Shown: positions 37,057-45,740, counted from the first letter of the stretch. The stretch: 64,000 bases of DNA from Clostridia bacterium (GCA_017412045.1 JAFQOX010000128.1:29012-93011); one strand, 5' to 3'. The notes: a model not told the origin generated them from the letters alone. A program made the numbers and translations.

Positions 37057-37201
37057 GTGTGCAAATCTCCTTTAAATGGAATTATTTTCAAAAAAATTTT
37101 GAATATTTTTGAATATCTTAAAAAAAAATGTTGAAAAATCAGATTTTTCGGTATACAATAGAAGCAAGCTTATCAGAACTTGAAAAGAAAGGATCAGAAT
37201 T

Positions 37202-37462
37202 ATGAACAATTACCAAAATGATCAGACCATCACGTTTCCTCTTGCGACAGACAAAGAAAGACAGAACAGAATGATCTTGCAAGAGGTATACGCGGCGCTT
37301 CTTAAAAAGGGCTATAATCCCATCAATCAGATCGTAGGATATCTTTTGTCTGAAGATCCGACCTATATTACCAATTATAATAACGCGCGTAGTCTGATCA
37401 GAAAAATAGACAGGGACGATCTGCTCGGCGCCATGCTCCGCGAATATTTGCAGAACAGTTGA
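37202..37462 (+). CDS. ireB: IreB-family regulatory phosphoprotein (UPF0297/DUF965)
   Basis: 86 aa; '[47 protein letters not shown]'. Confidence 0.9.
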   Translation: MNNYQNDQTITFPLATDKERQNRMILQEVYAALLKKGYNPINQIVGYLLSEDPTYITNYNNARSLIRKIDRDDLLGAMLREYLQNS

Positions 37463-37580
37463 TTTTTCCTCTATTCCTATATTATAATAGAATATACCCG
37501 TAAATTGCAATACTTTTTTTGAAAAAAGAAAACAGATGCAGAAGAGTGATGTTCTTATCGGGAGAAATCACCGTAACGTA

Positions 37581-37626
37581 AAATTCCCACAGACCAATCC
37601 AACGGTTTGTGGGAATTTGCTTTTTA
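37581..37626 (+). terminator. Intrinsic terminator after ireB
   Basis: aaattcccacagacc/ggtttgtgggaattt stem followed by GCTTTTT. Confidence 0.8.
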
Positions 37627-37754
37627 TAAGCAGAATGTCCATCTCCGTTTTCTGTCCGTTTGTTAAATCATCTACAATATGATATTTATGTTTGATCGTG
37701 TTTGCACAAAAACGGGTGGTTTTTTGTCAAAAGGACGAAATCCCTATCCAAGCC

Positions 37755-37783
37755 TTGAAAAAAGCAGCAAAAGGGTATATAAT
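37755..37783 (+). promoter_or_regulatory. Near-consensus sigma-A promoter for the large SGNH-like gene
   Basis: TTGAAA (37755-37760) - 17 nt - TATAAT (37778-37783). Confidence 0.7.
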
Positions 37784-37875
37784 GTTTAATAACCAACCAA
37801 TCGACCGACAAAAGCCTGTTCATAAATCGGAATAGGCGTTTTGAAAAGAGCAAAATTGCTCAGAAAGGATCGCTT

Positions 37876-40428
37876 ATGAATTTTAAAAATCTATTGAAAC
37901 AAGGAGTTGCATTACTGATAAGCTCCGTTATGCTTGTCAGCACTCCTATGGTAATCGCTGCGGATCAGATTGCACAATCGCAAGCGTACGATGCAGAAGA
38001 CGTCAAAATGCTGATTGGAGAGGATTCTGCCGCAGTGACCGTTACGGAAAAGGTTGAACAATCACAAGAGGACGGTACGGAAGACGTCAAAATGCTGATT
38101 GGCGAGGATTCTCCCATCTTGAGCATTGCGGAAAATATCGGACAGTCACAAGAAGATAAGCTGCATTACGTTTCCTTGGGCGCGTCCAATACGAACGGAT
38201 ACGGACATCACGGATATTTGGATGATGAGATTTATGAAGATCCGCTCGCTGCCAATAAATCGCAGATGAATGACTACGGTTATGCGAAATCCCCTGTCAA
38301 TGCATATCCTGCGCTGATCCGGGATGCCTTGGCACAAAGCACGGGCAGAGAGGTTGCGCTTCATCAGCTTGCGATCTCCTCTATGCGTGTGGAGGAGGTG
38401 CTCTGGCTTTTAGACGATACTTACGAGCCCGATGAGTATATGGATTGGCGTTTTACGGGCGGTAAGAGCTGGTTTGATATGGCTCACAAGGATGGCGGAA
38501 GAGAGGCGTTGCGCGCGGAATACAGAGATTATATTGCGAATGCAGACGTGATCACCGTCGATCTTGGTTGGAACAACTTTGGCGTTTACGCCTTCAATAA
38601 TGCGATGACCATTCTGAAAGAGGGTGGCGAGAGATATTGGAAGGCGCCCGATCTGGCAAGTGTGATCGGCTCCGATAAAGAGCGCGTATACTATGCGGTC
38701 AGGGATAGGGTGATTGCATGTCTCGGCAAACACGTGGATCTTTCCGATACGGCACTGTCCGAGGACGTCATCCGAAAGCTCGTTGATGTTTTTTCCTATG
38801 CGGCCTTTGGCGCTTGTTATAATTTCGATAAGGTCATGGATCATATATACAAGCTCAATCCCGATGCTGAGGTCGTCGTGATCAATATTCAAAACCTGGC
38901 TGATGAATTGATCATTGACATGAACGGTCTGGAGCTTCCTCTCGGCGATTTTTACGGCGAGCTGATCGAGTCCGTTGACCTTTACAGAGCAAAGCACTCT
39001 CCCTATGCTGACAAATACAGCTTTGCATATGCAGGCAACGACGGTGACGTGGACACGTTCCTTGATGAATTCCGTCGTTGGGACGGCGATGTTGCTACGT
39101 TGTCTCAGGATATGAAGGACCTTTTTGATATGTATGACGACAACGTATATGCAAGAAGCAAGATTGAATACATTATGGTTGGTCAGGTATTCGGTCAAAT
39201 ATTTGCACAGCTTCGCAATACGGCGGCATCCTATGGCTTGCCCGCATTTACCAATGACGGTCAATACGTCTATGAAATACCTGAATTCCAGATGGCTTGG
39301 CTCGACGGAATTGATCTTGCTTCCCTGGATTTCAACAACCCCGATACGGGTATTGAAAAATACGGCGCGGCAGTTTCCAAGCACCTTGTAAACTTGAGAA
39401 ATTATGAGGGCGAAGGCAAAGACGCCTACAATTACGTATTCGATGATCTGATCAAGTATTTTACAGGCGGTCAGATTGCAACTTTGGATGCGGCGATTGC
39501 GCAAAGAGATCTGATCCTTGGATCCGTTCCTCCCGAGCAGCAAAACAATTATGCGGATCTGATTCAGTCCGTAACCGTTTTGGAAGAAGCAAGAACGCAA
39601 TTTAACAACGCTTTCCTTGCTCTGTATACGGTTTACGTGAACACCTTGAACTACGCATACGATACGCTTGGAACCATCATTCAGCACACCCTGCAATTCA
39701 ACACGTTCCATATCACTTCCGACAGTATGTCGAATCACAACAGCAAGACCGATGAATTGCTTGGTTACCTTGTGAACACGTTTACGAACAACACCATGCT
39801 CAAGTTCTATGAAGAGTTGGGCAGGGTTGGTCTGGATCATTCCGGTGTGGTTGCTCCCGAAATTGCTGTCGATGAAGAATTGTTTAACGATCTTCTCATT
39901 CAAGCGGTTTGCGCGCTTGAGGTTCGTTACGATTTTGGCAACTCCTTCTTTGCTCACCCCGGTGTAATGGGTAATCAGCAAATTAAGGATGCCGTTATGG
40001 ACGTGCTGACAAATGGCTCGCATTCGGACTACTTCGTGAACAAAAAGCTCAATCAGTATGAGGATTACACGGAAGAATTGCTGGATTCTCTCCGTAAAGA
40101 AGCGGAAGATATGATCAAGCAAAAACTCATGCGTTTGGACTGCTGGGTGGACCAAACGATCAATTCTCTCGCAGAAGTGAACAAAAAGATCGAGCAATAT
40201 GTGGATCACACGGAAGAATCACTGGATTCTCTCCGTAAAGAATCGGAAGAATTGATCCAGAAAAATCTCATGCATTTGGATTGCTGGGTAGACCAAAAGA
40301 TCAATGATCTCGCGGAAGAGTTGCTTGATTCTTTCTGTGAAGAAGTGTACGAAGAGATCGAGAAAAGCGAAAGCATAGACAAGATCTATGGCGCTGCGGA
40401 GCAAATATTTCAGAAATATTTCTCCTGA
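37876..40428 (+). CDS. Large secreted SGNH/GDSL-hydrolase-like protein with N- and C-terminal tandem repeats
   Basis: 850 aa; signal peptide 'LLISSVMLVSTPMVIAADQ'; SGNH-like blocks 'YVSLGASNTNGYG', 'VITVDLGWNNFG', 'FFAHPGVMGNQQI'; AAAGGA RBS. Confidence 0.75.
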   Translation: MNFKNLLKQGVALLISSVMLVSTPMVIAADQIAQSQAYDAEDVKMLIGEDSAAVTVTEKVEQSQEDGTEDVKMLIGEDSPILSIAENIGQSQEDKLHYVSLGASNTNGYGHHGYLDDEIYEDPLAANKSQMNDYGYAKSPVNAYPALIRDALAQSTGREVALHQLAISSMRVEEVLWLLDDTYEPDEYMDWRFTGGKSWFDMAHKDGGREALRAEYRDYIANADVITVDLGWNNFGVYAFNNAMTILKEGGERYWKAPDLASVIGSDKERVYYAVRDRVIACLGKHVDLSDTALSEDVIRKLVDVFSYAAFGACYNFDKVMDHIYKLNPDAEVVVINIQNLADELIIDMNGLELPLGDFYGELIESVDLYRAKHSPYADKYSFAYAGNDGDVDTFLDEFRRWDGDVATLSQDMKDLFDMYDDNVYARSKIEYIMVGQVFGQIFAQLRNTAASYGLPAFTNDGQYVYEIPEFQMAWLDGIDLASLDFNNPDTGIEKYGAAVSKHLVNLRNYEGEGKDAYNYVFDDLIKYFTGGQIATLDAAIAQRDLILGSVPPEQQNNYADLIQSVTVLEEARTQFNNAFLALYTVYVNTLNYAYDTLGTIIQHTLQFNTFHITSDSMSNHNSKTDELLGYLVNTFTNNTMLKFYEELGRVGLDHSGVVAPEIAVDEELFNDLLIQAVCALEVRYDFGNSFFAHPGVMGNQQIKDAVMDVLTNGSHSDYFVNKKLNQYEDYTEELLDSLRKEAEDMIKQKLMRLDCWVDQTINSLAEVNKKIEQYVDHTEESLDSLRKESEELIQKNLMHLDCWVDQKINDLAEELLDSFCEEVYEEIEKSESIDKIYGAAEQIFQKYFS
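37996..38163 (+). repeat. 2 x 84-nt (28-aa) in-frame tandem repeat
   Basis: EDVKMLIGEDSAAVTVTEKVEQSQEDGT / EDVKMLIGEDSPILSIAENIGQSQEDKL; first 32 nt nearly identical. Confidence 0.85.
40054..40335 (+). repeat. 2 x 141-nt (47-aa) in-frame tandem repeat
   Basis: QYEDYTEELLDSLRKEAEDMIKQKLMRLDCWVDQTINSLAE... / QYVDHTEESLDSLRKESEELIQKNLMHLDCWVDQKINDLAE... Confidence 0.85.
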
Positions 40429-40545
40429 TCGTTGCCGTGGTTGCTTAGTCATTTACCAATAAACCTGTATGGGCGTGCGTCGCGCGCTCGCGAAAAAACA
40501 AAGCGGACGGCTGATGGTCGCTCCTGCAAAAGACGCAATCAATTG

Positions 40546-40578
40546 GACACACCGAGAAATCCCCGGTGTGTCTTTTTT
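40546..40578 (+). terminator. Intrinsic terminator after the SGNH-like gene
   Basis: gacacaccg/cggtgtgtc stem followed by TTTTTT. Confidence 0.85.
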
Positions 40579-40731
40579 CTTTTGGTGATGAGAAGGATGC
40601 AATCAAAAACGTTTGTTTTTTTTTGCGAAACCGACGTTGGCGTGTGGCGCTTCTTGTGATGTGACGGAGATGGGGCAAACAGCGGGATATGAGAAAAAGG
40701 ATGAAAAAGTTTAAAAAAAATAAAATAAAAT

Positions 40732-40760
40732 TTGATTTTTTTTGAAAGATATGATAAAAT
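40732..40760 (+). promoter_or_regulatory. Sigma-A-type promoter for lexA
   Basis: TTGATT (40732-40737) - 17 nt - TAAAAT (40755-40760), TG-extended. Confidence 0.55.
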
Positions 40761-40806
40761 AAATACAGAGTTCACTTTATTAAATATTTTGGAAGGAACG
40801 ATCTTT

Positions 40807-41412
40807 ATGAAACCGAATCTTACTGAAAAAGAAAATGACGTATATCGCTATATTTGTGAATCTACGGAATTGAACGGATATTCTCCCTCTGTACGCGATA
40901 TTCAGGAGGCTCTCGGCATCAAGAGTACGGCGACGGTACATTCTTATCTCAATAAATTGGAAGCCAAGGGATACATTCAGAAGGCGCAGGGAAAAAGCAG
41001 GACGCTCCGCGTGGAAACGCAGTCTCCGTTTGCGAATTCGGCTCGTATTCCGATTCTGGGACAGGTTGCGGCGGGACTCCCGATTCTCGCGCAGGAAAAC
41101 TGTGAAGGCTATATTGATTTTTGTCCTCCGAAGGGTACGCTGCGGGGCGAGCTTTTCGCTTTGCGAGTCAAGGGCGAAAGTATGATCGAGGTCGGAATTC
41201 TGAACGGAGATTACGTGATCGTCAATCGGACGAACTACGTGGATAACGGTGACGTTGCGGTCGTCCTGATCGGGGAGGAAGCGACGGTGAAAACCTTCTA
41301 CCGTGAAAACGGCTATTTTCGCTTGCAGCCCGAAAACCGCGACATGGAGCCGATCATTACGAAGGAGGTCTATATTCTCGGAAAGGTGATCGCGAATATT
41401 CGCTATTATTGA
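40807..41412 (+). CDS. lexA: LexA repressor (S24 peptidase)
   Basis: start ATG 40807 (MKPNLTEKENDVYRYI...); winged HTH, cleavage region 'GQVAAGLP', 'KGESM' Ser and 'TVKTF' Lys motifs. Confidence 0.95.
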   Translation: MKPNLTEKENDVYRYICESTELNGYSPSVRDIQEALGIKSTATVHSYLNKLEAKGYIQKAQGKSRTLRVETQSPFANSARIPILGQVAAGLPILAQENCEGYIDFCPPKGTLRGELFALRVKGESMIEVGILNGDYVIVNRTNYVDNGDVAVVLIGEEATVKTFYRENGYFRLQPENRDMEPIITKEVYILGKVIANIRYY

Positions 41413-41414
41413 CA

Positions 41415-42236
41415 ATGAGTAAAAAAATTTTATGCTCGACCGGCGCGCTGGTCGGCAGGGCGAACGGCTTTGACTATACGCTGATTCCCCGTTACGCCGG
41501 CTCGATCTGCGCCGACGGCTTCGAGCTGATGATGCAGAAGGCGTATTACGGTCAGATCACGGAGCTTTGCAGAGCTCTGGAGCGTGCGGCTCTGCCCGTG
41601 TATACGATTCATTTTGAAAAGGATATTACGGCTTTATTGGGCTTGGGTACGTCGGAGGACCGACGGGAAGGCCTACGCTTGTTGGAGGAAAACGCCGAAG
41701 TGGCAAAGTCCGTCGGCGCTTCCGCGGCAGTCCTGCATCTTTGGGACGGGCGTTTCGACGAAACGCATTTGGAGAAGAGCATAACGCTTCTGGATACGCT
41801 GTTTGAGATTTGCGGAAAACGGTCGGTCGAGCTTCTGATCGAGAATATTCCCTGCCGCGTATCGCCCTATGAATCCGTGTTGAGGATCGCGCGGCAATAT
41901 CCGCATTCGCGCTTTACCTTTGATACCAGACACGCGGATTTTATCGGAGAGACCGAGCGCTTTCTTCACAGCGAAATCTGGCGTGACAGGATCGCTCATC
42001 TGCACGTCAGCGATCATTGCGGATTGACGGTGCCCGGTATGTGGGGAGTCACCAGACCCATCGTTCACCCGGGTGAAGGGAAGATCGATTTCGCTCGGCT
42101 TTTCGCCGAGATGCCGCCGTACGGCGGCGAAACGGTGACGCTGGAGTCACCCGTTATGCTTCCCGACGGAACGCACGATCTGGAAAAATTGAACAGGAGC
42201 CTTTCTTTTTTGCGTGATATGATGAAAAAATATTAA
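41415..42236 (+). CDS. Xylose-isomerase-like TIM-barrel protein (AP_endonuc_2 / sugar phosphate isomerase-epimerase superfamily)
   Basis: 273 aa from ATG 41415, 2 nt after the lexA stop; 'ELLIENIP', 'FDTRHA', 'HLHVSD', 'HPGEGKIDF'. Confidence 0.8.
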   Translation: MSKKILCSTGALVGRANGFDYTLIPRYAGSICADGFELMMQKAYYGQITELCRALERAALPVYTIHFEKDITALLGLGTSEDRREGLRLLEENAEVAKSVGASAAVLHLWDGRFDETHLEKSITLLDTLFEICGKRSVELLIENIPCRVSPYESVLRIARQYPHSRFTFDTRHADFIGETERFLHSEIWRDRIAHLHVSDHCGLTVPGMWGVTRPIVHPGEGKIDFARLFAEMPPYGGETVTLESPVMLPDGTHDLEKLNRSLSFLRDMMKKY

Positions 42237-42283
42237 AAATTCGTGAAGTTTGATCGATCTTTTGTTTATTTTGAAGAAAAAGG

Positions 42284-42312
42284 TTGAATTTCAATCGAAT
42301 TTATGATATGAT
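42284..42312 (+). promoter_or_regulatory. Sigma-A-type promoter
   Basis: TTGAAT (42284-42289) - 17 nt - TATGAT (42307-42312), TG-extended. Confidence 0.55.
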
Positions 42313-42422
42313 ATATCGGTACGGCAAAACCGGATTTATGATAAAACCCGGAATAATGCCGACGCATTTTTATATATTTGTAAAAATGGAGCAAGCCGAT
42401 AAAAGAAAGGAATCCTGAAGGC

Positions 42423-43832
42423 ATGAAAAAATTATTTTGTTTGTTGCTCGCAGTATGTATGTGCGCAACGCTCTTTGCGGGATGCGGAAAGTTCGATATG
42501 GAGAACGCGGATGTTTCCGATTACGTTGATCTTTGCGATATTTCCGATATTCCGTATGAAAATCTCGTCAAAGCGTACGAGGAATACAGAGAGGTTCTCT
42601 CTGAGGATATGAAATCGTGCGCGCTTTCCGTTGGCTATACCATAGATTTTTTTGTGAAAGCAGAGCTTCTCGACGCGGAAGGCAAGGTTGTTTCCGTGAT
42701 TGACGCTTGGACGCATAACACGGAAGAGGATATGGTAAAGGGCTATGACGTTTACCGCAACCCCTCCGACTTTGACCACGCCCTGATCTATAACGTGGCA
42801 GAGGCGGGACAGACGTCCGTCGGCAGAACCGTCGAAATCGGAAAGGATTTTTCCTTTAACGTGACCTTGGATCAGGATTATGAGGACGAGACGCTTGCGG
42901 GTAAAAAGGTAAAATTTACGGTCAACGTCAAAAAGGCGCTGCCCGCGGTCTATCCCGACAGCTATATCACGGAGCGTCTCAACGAATTTTATAAAGCGGT
43001 CAAAACCTCCAAAGCCACAATCGAGCTTGGCGATACCGTTACCATCGATTTCAAGGGTACGATTGACGGCGTTGCCTTTGAGGGTGGCACGGGATCGAAT
43101 TATTTGTTCGTCGCGGGCGAAAGCAATCTGCTCCCGGAATTTGAAAATCAGCTTATGGGTCACGCTTTGAATGAAAAATTCACGATCAACGTAACCTTTC
43201 CGGAGGACTACGGCAATCAGACGCTTGCGGGAAAGACAGCGGAATTCTCCGTTCAGGTCAAGGATATTTATAACGATTTGCAAATGATCCGCGAAAATAC
43301 CACCTTCAAGGATATGTGGGAATTGAAATACGCGTTGCGTGTGGAAAGCTATATCTCCTACGCGCTGGTCACCTATATCGAGGAGCGCTCCGAGCTGATC
43401 GCGTATCCCGAAAAGCTTCTCAAAAATTTTGAAAAGATTTTCAAATCTTACGTCGCGCGTGACGTCGCGGAAAAGGTTCTCGAATACGCGGAGCAGGGCT
43501 ATTCCTACACGAAAAAAGAGATGAAGAAGCTCCTGTATCCCGACGGCAGCGATAAAACGTATATTACGGAAGGCGCCAAGGCGGCGGCTTACAGCTATCT
43601 GATCGCGGTTGCCATCCAGAGAGAGTTGGGCTTGTCCTATACGGAGCAGGATTACGAAACCGATCTGAAATTGATCGCCGAGGAGTACACTGCCTATTAC
43701 GGCGAAACCTATACCGCGAAGGATATCGTTTCGCTTTACGGCGAAGAGGTTCTCCGTACCTCCTTCCTCGTTGCTTTCATCACGGAGACGTTAACGGAAC
43801 GGATTTCCGGCGCACCCGAAATTCCCGGTTGA
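42423..43832 (+). CDS. Lipoprotein with trigger-factor-type FKBP PPIase and TF C-terminal-like domains
   Basis: 469 aa; lipobox 'LFAGC'. 'GDTVTIDFKGTIDGVAFEGG...LPEFENQLMGH...FTINVTFPEDYGNQTLAGKTAEFSVQVKDI' closely parallels the E. coli Tig PPIase domain. No ribosome-binding GFRxGxxP motif. Confidence 0.82.
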   Translation: MKKLFCLLLAVCMCATLFAGCGKFDMENADVSDYVDLCDISDIPYENLVKAYEEYREVLSEDMKSCALSVGYTIDFFVKAELLDAEGKVVSVIDAWTHNTEEDMVKGYDVYRNPSDFDHALIYNVAEAGQTSVGRTVEIGKDFSFNVTLDQDYEDETLAGKKVKFTVNVKKALPAVYPDSYITERLNEFYKAVKTSKATIELGDTVTIDFKGTIDGVAFEGGTGSNYLFVAGESNLLPEFENQLMGHALNEKFTINVTFPEDYGNQTLAGKTAEFSVQVKDIYNDLQMIRENTTFKDMWELKYALRVESYISYALVTYIEERSELIAYPEKLLKNFEKIFKSYVARDVAEKVLEYAEQGYSYTKKEMKKLLYPDGSDKTYITEGAKAAAYSYLIAVAIQRELGLSYTEQDYETDLKLIAEEYTAYYGETYTAKDIVSLYGEEVLRTSFLVAFITETLTERISGAPEIPG

Positions 43833-43862
43833 GTCGGATCAATATTGACTTTTGAAAAGTAT

Positions 43863-43908
43863 AAAGAACAGACATAAAGGCGAGAAACTTTTTTGTCTGT
43901 TCTTTTGT
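43863..43908 (+). terminator. Intrinsic terminator
   Basis: aaagaacagac/gtctgttcttt stem with a large loop, T-rich tail. Confidence 0.65.
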
Positions 43909-43930
43909 ACATTGGGAAGGAGACTGACTT

Positions 43931-44713
43931 ATGCACGGATTTTTCATCAAATTGATCGTTTGCCTGATCGCGGGCTTGGGCGCGGGCGTCGGTACCGGAC
44001 TTTCGGGGCTTTCCGCTGCGGCGATCATTTCTCCGATGTTGATTACTTTTCTGGATATGGATTCCTATATGGCGGTGGGGATTGCGCTTGCTTCCGACGT
44101 GCTGGCATCCGCCGTTTCCGCATATACATATGGCAAAAATGATAATCTGGATATCAAAAACGGAAGGATCATGCTGGTGACGGTGCTGATTTTTACGATG
44201 CTGGGAAGTTATGCGGGAACGTACATTCCGCAGAATACGATGGGCTCGTTTTCCCTCATCATGACGACGGTGCTGGGCATTAAATTTATTTTCAAGCCCG
44301 TTATGACGACCAAGGAGGCGAATGCGGATAAACCTCGTTGGGTCAAAATCATGCAATCCATTTTTTGCGGTATTGTGATCGGCTTTATTTGCGGATTCGT
44401 CGGCGCGGGCGGCGGTATGATGATGCTGTTCATTCTGACGAGCATTCTCGGGTACGAGCTGAAAACGGCAGTCGGCACGAGTACCTTTATTATGGCGTTT
44501 ACGGCTTTCGTGGGATCGTCATCTCATTTCGCGTTTATGGAAACGACGGTAAACTTCGGTGCTCTTTTCTGGTGCGTGCTGTTTACCTTCGTCGGCGCGC
44601 AGCTCGCGGCAAAATTTGCCAATAAGGCGTCTCCCGTGACCCTGAATCGCGTGACGGGCGCCGTGCTGACGTTTCTGGGTCTGATGATGTTTGCGGTAAA
44701 GGGACTGAAATAA
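43931..44713 (+). CDS. TauE/SafE-family anion exporter
   Basis: 260 aa; two 4-TM halves with 'GxGTGLSGLS' and 'GAGGGMMM' motifs; paralog of the N half of 6862..8385. Confidence 0.88.
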   Translation: MHGFFIKLIVCLIAGLGAGVGTGLSGLSAAAIISPMLITFLDMDSYMAVGIALASDVLASAVSAYTYGKNDNLDIKNGRIMLVTVLIFTMLGSYAGTYIPQNTMGSFSLIMTTVLGIKFIFKPVMTTKEANADKPRWVKIMQSIFCGIVIGFICGFVGAGGGMMMLFILTSILGYELKTAVGTSTFIMAFTAFVGSSSHFAFMETTVNFGALFWCVLFTFVGAQLAAKFANKASPVTLNRVTGAVLTFLGLMMFAVKGLK

Positions 44714-44775
44714 GTTTTATATATTAAAAAAAGACTTGCAACGAGCGTTTGCAAAATTAGCGGTAAAATGAATTT

Positions 44776-44805
44776 AGCCACTACGATTTTCGTGGTGGCT
44801 TTTTG
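44776..44805 (+). terminator. Intrinsic terminator after the tauE-like gene
   Basis: agccactacg/cgtggtggct stem followed by TTTTT. Confidence 0.8.
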
Positions 44806-44820
44806 ATATGCGGAAAGCAA

Positions 44821-44843
44821 AGAAAAGCCCCGCGCGGCGGGGC
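44821..44843 (-). terminator. Intrinsic terminator after the XRE-TPR gene
   Basis: minus strand gccccgc-cgc-gcggggc followed by TTTTCTTT. Confidence 0.8.
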
Positions 44844-44849
44844 GAGAGT

Positions 44850-45662
44850 TTATTCTGCGAGCAATGTTTCAATTTCTTTTCGTTGTTCATTTGTGTACTC
44901 ATAAACGGTAGCTTTGAACCATTTGGTTTCAACAAAATCTTCCTCAAAAGCATCCATTACTTTTAGTGCAATCCTAAATTGTGAATTGGCTTTTTCAAGT
45001 TCACCATTTTCTTTTAAGTGCTTACCCGTGACAATCAGCATATCAATCAGATCCTCAGCAGAAATGTTTTTCTGCTTTTGTGCCGCCTCATAGCTGTCTT
45101 CTCCATCTAAAAGAGATGCCATCAGCTCTAATTTAGAAAAATAAATTTCGGGAATTATTTCAAGGGTAGGCTTGACCAAATCATTCTGACCGTTTTCTTT
45201 ATAGCACGATGCAAGAATGCGGCAGGCGTCATATTTTACGGAATCATCCTTCGTAGACTCAATGAGGGTTTTGCAAAGAGTGATTACCTCATCTGCTCTC
45301 GTCTGATAATCCAACGTATATAGCAGATTATTCAATATGATGTCATTCCCGGGGAATCTCTGCAATCCTTCGCGCAAAATACGTTCAGATTTTGCTCCAT
45401 CGGTGAAACGATATTTATATGCCTCATGACAGATTGCCTCAACCTGCTTTTCTATCTCAAACAGATTAAAATCAAACAGCTCGTCGGTGGAAACACCAAA
45501 AAATGATGCGATAGCGGGAATCATAGTCACGTCGGGCATGGTATTTCCGTTTTCCCATTTTGAAACAGCTTGAAAAGATACGCCGAGATAACCGGCAAAA
45601 ACCTCTTGAGATATGTTTTTCTGCTTTCTTAAAGACTTGATTTTTTCTCCAAGTTTAATCAT
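44850..45662 (-). CDS. XRE-family HTH regulator with helical-repeat (TPR-like) C-terminal domain
   Basis: 270 aa; 'LRKQKNISQEVFAGYLGVSFQAVSKWENG' HTH_3, then about 200 aa alpha-helical; GGAGGAA RBS; visibly A+T-rich. Confidence 0.85.
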   Translation of the reverse strand: MIKLGEKIKSLRKQKNISQEVFAGYLGVSFQAVSKWENGNTMPDVTMIPAIASFFGVSTDELFDFNLFEIEKQVEAICHEAYKYRFTDGAKSERILREGLQRFPGNDIILNNLLYTLDYQTRADEVITLCKTLIESTKDDSVKYDACRILASCYKENGQNDLVKPTLEIIPEIYFSKLELMASLLDGEDSYEAAQKQKNISAEDLIDMLIVTGKHLKENGELEKANSQFRIALKVMDAFEEDFVETKWFKATVYEYTNEQRKEIETLLAE

Positions 45663-45740
45663 AGTAGTTCCTCCAAATCAATTTGGATCAGCGCTTATCC
45701 TGATTTTATTATATCATATTTGCTTATAAAAACAATAACT

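Noticed and set aside
36457-37134. 225-aa plus-strand ORF competing with the 179-aa minus-strand gene 36517..37056.
   Set aside because: The plus product is F/L/R-rich with no RBS. The minus ORF has AAAGGAG 9 nt upstream and protein-like composition. I kept the minus call, with only moderate confidence.
38410-40209. 599-aa minus-strand ORF codon-aligned opposite the SGNH-like gene, striking because this gene is less GC-rich.
   Set aside because: I read the sense frame codon by codon from 38413 to 40209 and found no TTA, CTA or TCA codons. Leu uses ctt/ctg/ctc/ttg and Ser uses tcc/tct/agc/tcg. This fully explains the open mirror frame. The sense product has a signal peptide and SGNH blocks, while the antisense product is I/L/V/R/H-rich noise.
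40761-40785. Possible LexA (Cheo/SOS) box near the lexA promoter, at AATA-CAGA-GTTC.
   Set aside because: Only the GTTC half-site matches, and the other half scores 1/4 against GAAC. A second candidate, AAAC-GTTT-GTTT at about 40607, is too far upstream of the promoter.
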